Of a stretch of 36,645 nt of DNA, positions 21,130 to 32,738 are shown one piece after another. The DNA lies in contig CALSCP010001075.1 of NCBI GenBank assembly GCA_943704425.1, positions 1 to 36,645 on the forward strand, written 5' to 3'. Position 1 is the stretch's first letter. Each line of letters opens with the position of its first letter. The DNA is from Ministeria vibrans ATCC 50519 (Eukaryota > Protista > Filasterea). Both the position numbers and the translations under genes were made by a program. The notes under the pieces were generated by a model, which was not told the DNA's origin, did no database searches, and saw only the letters and a list, made by a program, of their open reading frames with translations.

Positions 21130-23845
21130 CTATTGGGGAAATGCAAAGGGAGCAGTCCACTCGCCATTTGCGCGATTTTGCTCGGGATCGACCGCCTTAT
21201 ACTCTGCGGGAGTGCCCTCTTTGAGGGCGGGCGACCGTTTGGGAACAATGCTAGAGGGATCGCCCGTGAACACTTGATGGTCGGGGTCGGAGGTAGACGA
21301 GGACGGGCCAATGACAACAAGGCGAGGGAGTGCACTGAGTTCCGCTTCTTCTGCCGTGAGAGGACGGGCGACTTTGAAGACGGCCTTTTTCGCGGGAGGA
21401 GGAGCAACTTGTTGTTTCTTTTCTTTTGCTTCTTCTTCTTCTTCCGGTGGGGGTGGTGGTGGGGGTGAGTGTGTGTTGTGGTCCGTGTCGCTGTCACTGT
21501 CGTCGGAAGTGTCTTCATCGTGTTGTTGTGGGGGTGGAGGGGGTGAGACCACAGAAAGGTGACGGAGGGTGTCGTCATCACTTTCGGGTAAGGGAGGTGG
21601 AGGAGGTAGATTGTCGTCCATGGGCAGTGGTACAAAGCTGTCTGCTGGAACGGCAGAGGCGGTGACGGGCACGGGCAGAGTGGGCAAGAGAAAAGCATGC
21701 CCTGCGTCAACATGGTGCACGGTCATTTCACTCGAGGGCTCAGGCGACATAACAAGGTGTTCATCGCCAATAATGTCACCCTCCTCATCGTCGGTGTCGT
21801 CGTCGTCTTCGGACGACGTATAAAAGATCTCTTTGTTGGGATCTTCGGAATCGTAGACGGTCTTGTCGTCGACCGATGGCACAACCGAGTGCGAAGAGGA
21901 TCGCACGGACGGGCGGGTTGTCATGGGTAGTGGAGGCGCATCCGAGTGGGGCATGGTCGCGGCAAAACCTGGTACAACCCCGCCACTGGCAGTCCTCGAT
22001 AAGGTAGCAGTGGCTGCAGACTCATTGGCAGGGGCCTTGAGGCCCGGAAACGAGAAGGGGTTGTCGCTGGGGTTGCACGTGAGGGGCACGGGCGAGCGAT
22101 GGGCGGGAAAGGCGTACTCGGGTGGTGGTGTGGGAGCCGCATTGGGCGGACGAGGAGGAATGCGTTGAGGCAGTTTGGGCGAGAAGGGCGGTGCTGCACC
22201 TCCTGCTGCGCTCGCTGTCGGTATGGAAGCAGCAGTGCGCAGATGACGCGCATGCAGCGTGGCGGGTGTGTCGTCGTAGTTGGGCTCTTCTGCGCCATCC
22301 ACATTGTCACGGTTGGCATAAAGTGGCGACGCAACCGAGCCATCATTTGCTTCCGGATTGAACACAACAACGCACTCGGTGGCGTCCAACAGACGTTGTT
22401 GCGCCGCTGAGCGATACGGAATAGTATCCGTAGTGGAAGCAGACACAGAGGTGACGGCCGTCTTGCTTTTGGTGCGCGCATAACCAGCCGCTGCAATGGC
22501 ACTGTCGTCACTCTCATCACTTGAATGCGGCTCCTCTTCACTGCTTCCTATTCTCCCATGCGCCTTCATCTGCTGGTACCCACCAGACGACACGCCCGAT
22601 CGCGTCTTCTTCTTGTGTGACTTCTTGCGGACCCTTCGTCGGTCCCTTTCCGACATTTGAGGTTCCATATAACGATTATTCTCGTTCTTGTCCAGCGTTG
22701 CTGACGGGTTGTGGTATCGTCGAGAGTCAATCGTAAATGACTAGCAAATTAGGCGAGAGAAAAAAGACAATGTGATTGAGAGAAAAACAAAAAAAAGCAA
22801 AGTAGTCGAAAGAAAGAAAGAAAGTGACAGCAAAAGAAAGAAAGTGACAGCAAAAGAAAGAAAGTGATAGAGAAAGATGAGACGATGCAGACAAAAACTA
22901 TAATCATTATAAATTTTTTTGTTACCTCTGGCTCAACACTCGAGATAAGGTGCTCTTGTTGGGGCGGCTGTGAACGAGGCACAGGCACTCCGTCAATGAG
23001 CAGGGGAGTCGCTTCGGCACGACGACTGTGTGTGGTCGCACCACCACGACGACTCAAGATTGAGTCGGTGGCGTTGCGTCCGCTCGCACGACGGTTCATC
23101 ACCGACTGACGCCCGTGACCCCGTTGCTCTTCGAGCATTGTGTACTGCTGGTGGAGCACACGCTGCACATGGAACGTCGCAAAAATGGCCAAGACAAGCT
23201 CGGCAACTGCGCCCGCCGCACCCACACCGTACATGGACAGCGAGAGTGCCAGGGGCGTCGCAAGGCTCTGCGTCCCGTCGTCCGACAGATACATCAGAGC
23301 GAATTTGGTGCCCACAAAGCCTGCAAGGACAATGGGCACGCTGTAGTAGAGGACAAGGTAGGCAACAAAAACCCCAATGCGGTAGTCGTTGAACAAGAAT
23401 CTGTGCGAGCACAGGCGAGGATGAGCAAAGCAACGGAAACGTTATCAGTGTGTGTGTACCGTGTTTTGCGCATTTTCGCAGTCTTCGCGAAGAGTGCCAG
23501 ATAGCCGACTATGAGGACGATGCTGGTCACGTCGCATATCTAGACGATAAGAAGAGACAAGAGAGTAAGAGTGGCAGCAGAGGAGAGAGAGAGAGCAGAG
23601 AGTAAATGTTGGTTGAACTTTGGGAAAGTAACAAGAGAAAAAAAAAAAAAGAAAAGCAGGGAAACGTAGCGTGATGGACGTACCACCATGATGTCAAAGG
23701 TCGACGTCTGAAAGGTGTAGTGGTTCACTTCCGCCGAGAAGGCCTTGTAGCCAATGGCGAGCGTCAGAAACAGCGCTGTCGACGCAACGGCTACAAGGAG
23801 CGGAAAGAGCACATAGACCCAGCGGCGGGTCGCCGAGGGGGCCAT
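21130..23845 (-). CDS. 4-TM membrane protein (MENTAL/TMD0-like N-terminus) with long Pro/acidic disordered tail, 4 exons
   Basis: Exons splice in frame (approx. 23845-23684, 23540-23460, 23400-22926, 22741-21130). EVNHYTFQTSTFDI after TM1 resembles the STARD3/MLN64 MENTAL motif; the tail has poly-Pro tracts. Confidence 0.6.
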
Positions 23846-24003
23846 GGGTGAACAGGGTGGCGGGGAGGGGAGACAAGAATGAACTCAATGAATCTGAATT
23901 CTGAGGGAAAGGAGATCACAAGATCAAAAGCTAAACTTACTCTCGTTCGAGTCGACTCAACCATCAAATTATCAAATATCAATCAAGTTGCACTTCTTGT
24001 ACA

Positions 24004-27000
24004 ATGAGCAGCCCTCCTCCTGGACCAGTGGGTACGTTGAGTCCGACGTGTGCAATTACCCCCCTTGTCGAATGGGGGTGAAATGGGGATTTTTGCAATT
24101 TGTGTGTTTCTACTGCTCTCTTATCGCTACGAGTCTTTGCTGTGATGGCATTTGATTGGTCGTCGACACGCGTACATTAATTGGTGATCGCTTTCGCTTA
24201 TTATTATTACTATTGTTATTTTTTTTTTTTTTTTGTTATTCTGTAGCAACAGATCGCGATGGGCTGCGACGCCACTACCGCCAGGGCCTCATCCTTGCTC
24301 GGTGCGACTACAGCGACCTTGTCGACCCACTCACTGCGAATACAGCGTCGCCGCAGCTGTACTTTGGCCATTTGCCGGGTGCGTTGATTGCCGCTCGAAA
24401 CACTGCCGTTGGGATGCTCCAAAACGGATACGATATTGTCTCCGTGCTCGCCGACAAGCGCCTTACACCAGACGGATCGGTGCCGTTTGGCAATGATCAG
24501 TCGTTCTTTGGCGAGAAGCCGACCGGGTTGACGCCGGAGGAGGAGGCGGAGGAGACGGCCCGCGCGGAGTACGCTGTCGACTCCATCACCAACGGTCGCC
24601 TCTTGTGGGTCGTTAAGCCCAAAGTCCGTCGGGACGCTATCGTCAAATGCATCAACACCCTTGCAACGGCGACGCCCAAGGTTGACAGCACGCTCAAAGG
24701 ACCGGCCGCCGACGACACTGAGCTGACAGTGTACCTTGTTGGACATGGCGTGAAAAACGCGAGTAAACACTTCGCTCTAGCCTTCGACGACATCCGTCTC
24801 GTCTCTCAAGATGCCGTCGTGCGGGTATTTCATGGATATACCATGTTTCAGCTCCTCGAGGACCTAAAACTTGAGACCCGCTGGAAGCATCTTCTCGTCA
24901 TCGCCGACGCCTGCACCGCTGGTGCGGCACTCACCAAGGACTGCTACGTGGCACACAAGGCAGAGACGTTTCTTGATGATGCGTGGACTCTTGCGTACCA
25001 CACGCCGTCGTACCAGCTCATCGGATCATCTCTTAATGCCACGGAGGCGCTGTCACTGCCACCGTGGCGTGGCACCGTGTTCTCAATGGCGATGGATCTA
25101 GTGCTCTGGCGTACATCTCCAACTGCATTTGACAGTGGGTCTGTGGCTGCGCCCTATAACTGGGCGACGGTGGGCCATGTTGTTGTGAAACTGCGCGAGG
25201 GCATGAATAGCGTCATGAAAAGCCTCTTACCCACCGCTGATTATTGTGCACCACCGTGTCTTCATGGTCGACTTGACCTCGCCCACTACTTGGTCGACCG
25301 TCCCAACATAGGCCAATTTCTCTTTGTTCGTCATGGCGCACCTGCTTTGTGGCCGCGCGGTGTTGTAACAACTCGGGTAAGACGTTTTTTTTTTTCATAT
25401 TTGTGCAGTGTGGCAATTCTAATTTTTCTTCATGTGGTCTGCTTGGCAACAGCCGTTTCTTGTCTTGACAGACAACACAGCGTCAACAAACGAAGCACGA
25501 TCTCTAGAGACGGAAAGTGCTGCCGATTCTATTCCACCCGTCCCCTCGACCATACCTCTTCCGCTCACTCTCACCATCAACCACAACCAGGCGCGCCACA
25601 TCCTCATTGTCGTGCCTCAACTCGACACACTGCGTCCGAACGTCCTCGCCGCTCATCGCTGTGGCCTCGACGAACCTCTCGCACCGTTCCGTGAATGGAC
25701 TGGCTTAGATGACAGATATCTCTACAGCCTCTACTGCCACCCACTCACAGCGTCAGTCACATTCATTCTCATTGTGCGCGCCCCATCGCCCGATTCTTGC
25801 GTTGCTCGTCTCGCGCTCCTCTGGCAACCCGACGTGGTTGAGTTTTACCCTGTGGAGACCGGAGAGAGGCTTCCGAATCGTGTGGTTGTTGTGCGCAATC
25901 TCATCACCAACCCACCTCAATCTACTGCGTCGCATTTGCCCCAGAGTGCCTTCAAGAGGCAGCGCCTCTCGCTTGGTGAGACCACTCAACGTTTGGGCGA
26001 TCTGTCACTTCCATCTGCCCTCAGTTCTCTGCGCGTACAACCTACCACACCCGACGACACAACTGTCCGCATCAATGCTTTTCAGGACATGGGCTCTTGC
26101 TCGTGTGGCTGCTGTGCACGCTGCGGCATCCGCCGAGTAGTGATCCTCACCACCTCTGCTGTGAGCTTGACTGCTGCGGAGCGCGTTGACCTGCTCTACG
26201 CCTGCGCAGCTGCCTCTTCTCGCCTGCTGCCTGTTGACAAGCTCACGCAATCTATTTCCTGTTCCAAAACGGTTCGCTTTGAGGCCCTTTTTCGCGATTT
26301 GTGCTCTGAAAGGCTCGCAAAGGAGCGCGACCTACTGCTGCTCGCTCTGCGCGACACACTGTGGTGCAATTCATGTCCGAGCCAAGACATCAGTGCTCTT
26401 TTTCGCTTGCACCATCACCGTCCTGGCGCAGACAACTCCCTCCAGCTCCACTTTGAGGCCCCACCATCATTGCTCTGGTCTTTACTAACCCCAAGCGTCA
26501 GCGCTCTCGTCGATTTTGGCTTCGACCACATCTGCGAGCCTATACCAACATCGTATCTGTCCGTGGCGTTACGAACCCGCGACGCAACTGTCACACAGCC
26601 GCTCTCTCAGGCCGAAATGAGTGACATTGCCGACTCAGTCATTCGTTATTTTCAGTCCACACCCTTTTCTTCTCGCAATGCCACCCTTGCTCGTCGCTTT
26701 CATGCCTCTACTGCTAGCCAGACGATGTTCGTCACTGTGCAACTACCCGACGTGCTCTCTGACAAGGAATACCGCCCCTTGTGCGAACTCCTCGACGGGC
26801 GCGTGTCACTGCCAGCTTTTCGAGGCCGTGCTGTGATGAGTGTTCGGGTCGTGTACGAGGGTGAAGACGAGCATGTGCGTTCCATCGCTGAGGACCTGTC
26901 ACAGTACGCTCGGTCTGTACCTTGCCCCTCCTCTCATAGCCTCCTGCAAGAAGCCTCGGTCATGTACACTTTGGACGACGAAACTGTGCGCCGCGTTGCG

Positions 27001-30000
27001 CTTATCGATGCACTTCGATTTGACCTTGTGGCCACAGTCAAAGTGCTCGCGTTACACATGGAGAACGACTGCCGTCTCATTGATATCGTGACTTACAACG
27101 GTGACGGTGCTGCCGCTATTGCCGCGCGACATGGTGCGTCAACGACTCTTGCTTGGCTGCTCAGCAGTGAATGTGGGGTGCGGCGGGATGTTCAACAGCT
27201 TTTTGAGGCGGCCTTTGATGGGGACTCGGAGAGTGTTGTTGAGTTTATGTACGACCAGTGTGGGCTTGGTCGTGTCTTGACGAGCGACACTGTGAAGGAT
27301 TTGGTGGGTCGTAAGAAGTTTACCGTTGCTGCGTGGGTCTGTACCAAGCTCAAGTTGGAGCTGACTGACTTTGCTGTGGCGACGCTCAAGTCAGTGATGG
27401 ACACCACTCTTGCTGCTCATCGTTGGTCCGACTGGCACGCAGTGCTTGCGCAGCAGTACCTCAAGAAGGCCACGGGCTTGGCGAGGGCCAAAGCGCTCGA
27501 ACACGCGAAAGAGGCACTGCAGTTTGCCTTTGACGATCGTCGGCGTCTGCTTCCCCTCCGTGTGCTTGCCGAACTCAACGAGTGGGACACCATTGTGAAG
27601 TGTTTCAGGTCGGTGATTCGCCGTGTGCACGATAGGGAAATTCGCTTGATTTACGCGTGTGGTCTTTATTGGTCTGGTCAAGGAGAGCGAGCTCTCTCAC
27701 ATCTGCTAGATTTTTTTTCACCGAACAAGCTCGTTGATGATCATTTTGACTCAGTCAAGCCGTGTGACGTGCTTTCTTTGCTCTCACTGGCGCTCTTTGG
27801 GCGCGCAGTTTTGCGGCATGTACCGTTGAGCATGAAAGTGTTTGTTTTGGAGCTGATAGAGGAGGGATTGACGGACGACATGCGTCAGGGCTGCACACAG
27901 TGGCTGTCTGGTGATAAAGGGTCGATGTCTCAGCTGTCTTGGCTTGATTGGACACATCAAGAGCAGATTGCACTTGCTGCTGCGCTCCGTGCAGGGCAGG
28001 ATGATTGGGAAGCCCTGTGTGTTGAGAATGCCACGGCCGATGTGGAAGGCAAATCGATTGTTGCTTGCCAACTTGCGCTTGAGTTGAGTGCGCGCGTTGC
28101 GCAGCGGGAGCATGATGCGAACGGTGTCAAGGGAAATATCTTATCCATGTTGAGTGACGGACTTCACATTGACAATTTACAAGTGCTTGATCTTTCTGGT
28201 GCATTGAGTGGCTCTTTTCCAGCGTGTCTGCTGAGTAACGGTGTGCAGCAACAGCTCAAGATTTTAAATTTGAGCAACAACCAGCTTCGGGAGTTGCCCG
28301 CTGCACTGTTTCAGCCAGCTCAGCAGCTGCTTTGCCTTACCCTCGACAACAACCAGCTTACCCGGTTGCCAACGTCCCTTGGGTGCTGCACCAATCTTAT
28401 TACACTCTCTGTGGCCAACAACCCGCTACTGTCGTCGTTGCCTGAGTCTCTCATACAGCTCAAGTATCTGCGCGAGATCAACTTGGGTGGTGACGTTCTT
28501 CTCGTCGACGTGCAATTGAGTGCTCTTGCGCGCCTGTACGAGTCGTTGCAGATCCTTGTGATGCCACACGAGGAAGGCATGGTTGACGCGGATCCACGTC
28601 TGTGGTGTGCTGAGCAAGCCAGCCACGCTCGTGCGAAATTGGATCATCTTGCACATGGTATGCGCGATTGATGCGAGTGCATGTGTTTCTCACATTTGTC
28701 TAATCTAGATTTGTACACGAAGGCTCAGCGTGATGGGTCATTGTTGATTGGAATCGGGATGACCGTTGTCATTGGTGGCGAGGGGGCATCTGGCAAAACA
28801 ACTTTTTTCCGTGGGATGCTGGGCAAGGACTTTGTGGAGTCACATCGCAAGACGTGGTATGCGTCAGTGTCCTATTGCGACTCGGTTGTCGAGAGGGAAG
28901 GTGAAGTGTCGCTTGTGGAGCATTTCTCTCTTGGGCAACCAAACGGGCGTGTGAACAAGGATGGTCTGGCGGAGCAGTCATGGGAGACTTCTGCTGTGAA
29001 GCGGAAGCTCTTTTTGGATGCACAGCGACGAATTGAGCAAGAGGAGGAAAACGAACGGGAACCTCGAGTTGCTGAGCAGCGTAGCGCACCTCTGTTGACG
29101 ACGGACATGCTCTCAGACAGGTCGATTGGCGTGGAAGAGCGACGTGAACCGGTGGAATCAGAGGCCGAGCCATCACGTGCGTCCGCGCCTTTGGTATCAG
29201 CGGGAAGCGACAGCGTGGGCGGCGACGAGTCGTCACACAACCCCAATGACACTCAGCCACATTCTGTCCCAGCTACAATTTCACAGTCTGAGGTTCCCTC
29301 GAGTGCTGGTGACATGGACGATGATCGTCTCGTGTCATTTTTTGATGGGTATGGCCATGTTGTTGCTGGTGCGCGTCACGCACGTTTGCCCCGCCTGGCG
29401 TTTATTGACTTGGGCGGTCAGAAGGAGTTTCGTGCGGTGCAATCGATCATTCCATTTACATCGTCACTGTACATTGTCGTTGTGGATCTCGAGAAATTGC
29501 ACGCGACACCTACCGAGGAAATGAGCAAACTGGAGAAGTGGTTCTTACTTCCGGCTGCGAAACGTGCACTCACCGTCATGGTCATTGGGACGCACGCAAG
29601 CAGCAGTGGCTACAACTTTGATGCGGTTGATTCTTTTGCGCCTGTTCAAGAGTCTGTCTCTGAGATGCTGCGTCAACACGAGCTGCGGTGGTGGGGGGAT
29701 AAGCCAGTGTGGCCTGTGGACTATGCGAGAGATTTCCGTGTTGACGAGCTGCGTGTGGAGGTGTTGCGTGCCGCCAAAGACGTTGGTGAGCAAGTGCGAT
29801 CGTCGTCTGAGATGGCCAGGGCAGTAGACTCGGTCCAAGTGTGTGTTGCACCGGGCGCTTTGAGTGTGTCTCGTGAAGAAGTGCGGCGGTGCTTGCAGGC
29901 GGAGCACCCGCAGATATCGTTTGGGGGATACGTCCGCGAGGCCAAGCGATTGGGTGCCGCCGTGTTTGATCCGCGTGTGCCAGATCGCGTCTTTGTCGAT

Positions 30001-32384
30001 GTGCCTGGGTTAGTGGATGCTGTGGGGCGCGTGTACAGTCGTGTCCTTGAAGACAAGTCTGTGTTGTCGCCTGTTGACCCTGCTCTTGCGGTGGATGTGG
30101 ACACGTTGCGTGACACTGGTGTGTGGACTGAGGCGCTTGTGGACTGGGCGCTGGGTCACACTGCCGTGCCAGATGGCGAGAGTTTGAAAGAGCTTCTTTT
30201 GAAGTGCCAGGTGCCTCTTGCGCTTGAAGGTTAGATATATGCAAAAAAAAATAGAAAAAAAATAACGAATTTTTCTTTGCAGACCTCCAGCGAGGAAGCG
30301 GGAGCGTTTTGGTGCTGAGCCAGTTTCGGTTTGACTTTCCAGCATTTTCAGAATGGAGGAATCTTTCTGGTGCTATGGGGAGTTTCATTGTCAAAAGCTT
30401 CGCCAAAAGGGGTTATAATTCTGTCGTGGTGTGTGATCAAGCCCCTGTGGACTTTGACCCTGCGACGCATGAGCGACTGGAGTGGTTCACCCTGCCTGCC
30501 ACTCGCCAAAACATTCGCGTGGCCATTGCGAAACTTGCCGAGATGAACCGTGCTGGCGGGTCCACGTCTGCGGTGCACGATGAGCTCATTGTGTATATGA
30601 TGTGTGCGTCTGTCCGGCCGTGGGAGATGGATGTATATGGGGCGTGCATGGGTGATGCTACTTTTGATGGCACTTTGTACAGTGGTGCGTACACACTCGA
30701 CATGCTGCGCGACGATCTTGATGGCGGGAAGGGACCCGATGGGCGATGGGGCAAGACACTGGTGGTGCTGGACACGTCCGACTCTGCGTCAGTATTTGAT
30801 GCTGGCATGCACCCGCGCGTGTGTGAGAGGCTTGGTGGGAGTGTGATGACGGCGGAGGCGAAAGAGCTTTACTCAGAGGAGTCCTTTCAATGTCTTGTTG
30901 CTGCTGGCAGATATAGCTCGGCTTATTTAACCCACGATGAACGTTCAACACACCTTTTTCGCTCTCTAGTCGGTGCTCTGACGAATCCAGGTGTGTGTTT
31001 CACTACGAGTGATTCTTCCGATGCATGGTTGTCGATTGGCGCTTGTTTGGCCTCGATTCGAGAAGTCAACCCGATTCGAGATTTCGGGTACGATCGAGAA
31101 GCCGGGTACCCCATTGTTCCCCAATCTCCAGAACTGCAACGTCTTCCTTGGCATGAATCCACCAATACGGGCGAGTTTCTTATGTTTCATGAGGAGTGGG
31201 ACATTGGTGCTCGCCGTGACGGCGCGGATTTTGATCATCAGTTTACAATGGTGCCGGTATTGTTGCACGAAGTCAAGAATCCTGCTTTTATTTTTCGCCC
31301 TCTTGTACCTCGTGCTGACTCTCCCACGAGCGAGCCCCTGTGCAAGTGGGTTTCTGGCCCTTGTGGTACTGGCAAGACTGTGTGGGTTGCGATGTCCGTT
31401 CGTCGAAGCGAGCAGTTTAAATTTGTTTTGTGGGTCAATGCTGAGTCCGAAGTGACCATCATGCAGTCGTTCCGTGAAGGTGCATGGCTGTGTGGCTTCC
31501 GTCACGGTGTGGAATTTGGGGAGAGTGGTGACTATCAGTTGGGCGATCGCAGCGTGATTGAGTTTATGTTTGAGAAGTTGCGTGAGCATGCCGATTGGTT
31601 GCTGGTGGTGGACGGGTGGGATGATGATTCTGTGGATACGGTGTGGCCTGAGAATGCGTTTGTCAACATCAAAGCGGGTGTCATCTTTACGTCGTGTCGA
31701 CGAAGCATTCCTTTGGTCATTTCGGAGGCCGCTGAGAGAGAGACTGTCACAACTCTAGAGGAAGCAGTTACTCGGGATATGCTGCCAAGCAACACCAATC
31801 CAGATGTGGCACAACTTCTTCAAGAATCGGGACTTACTTCGTTTGCGCAGTCTTTCGCAACGGTGATGGAGTGGTGCCTCTACGAACCTGTGGAGCAGGT
31901 TAACTCACTGCTTCGCGAGATGCGTCGTGGCCGCAATGACACCCACCATCGTGACATCATCGAGCATGCTCGCGAGGTTTGCAATAGTATTGCGTCCCGC
32001 CCACTGCGCTATGCCTTCCGCCTCGGTGGCGAGGCAGCAGTTTTGGCGGTGATGCGAGTGGTTGTGATGCTGCGCGTTCCGTCTGTTCCCGTTGCATTTC
32101 TACGCTTTGCGGTGACAGGGGACGTGCCAGCGCGCATTGTAGAGTTTGACGGTGCCTGCGCGGCACTGGTTGAATACCATGTTTTGGATGAGACAGAGGA
32201 CGATGCGACGTCTGGCACGCACTCCTTCTTCATCCACCCACTCGTGCAACGGCTGTGCTTTCCGCTGGTGTTTGAAGAAGCGGGCTCAAAGGACGCCACG
32301 GTGCGTCAGTTGCGCACCCACTTTGAAGGAGACGAAGTGGACGAGGCACTGGCGCGCGACTGGGCGGACCGGTTTGCTTTGTAA
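24004..32384 (+). CDS. Giant caspase-like / ANK-TPR / LRR-Roc-COR / pseudo-caspase / NB-ARC protein (~2661 aa, 5 exons)
   Basis: Exons 24004-24031, 24247-25376, 25453-28657, 28709-30229 and 30283-32384; all introns GT-AG with matching phases (7986 nt total). Motifs: YLVGHG and IADAC; AAAIAARHG; LxxLxLxxN repeats; GEGASGKTT, DLGGQ, VIGTHA; SGPCGTGKT, LLVVDGWDD, IFTSCR, IHPLVQ. Confidence 0.8.
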
Positions 32385-32738
32385 CTTTTCTGATTAAAGA
32401 TATTAATGTTATTCTATTTTGTGAGGGAAGTATGGAAACCCAGAATCATTTTACATTTGCTTCGGGTCGTCGGCCGTGTGAGATTACACATAAGATTAAG
32501 GACTTGTTGGTATATTTTGTCAATCGCACAAATGCACTTCACACAAACAACCCTACCAACTCAGTGACAAGTGACAATGGACTCACAACTTCAAAGTAAA
32601 AAGTTCAATCACTTCAAACTCATTTAAACTTTACCTTTTTGACACTTGGGCCACTTTGCGTTCCCCAGTCATTGCCCGAGACACACGAGTCTTCCCTGGA
32701 AGCGCAGAAAAAAAACCCCCACAGACCACAAAAGGGCG

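Noticed and set aside
29582-31589. Antisense ORFs of 274 and 207 aa
   Set aside because: Shadow frames of the GC-rich Roc/NB-ARC coding exons with no recognisable motifs.
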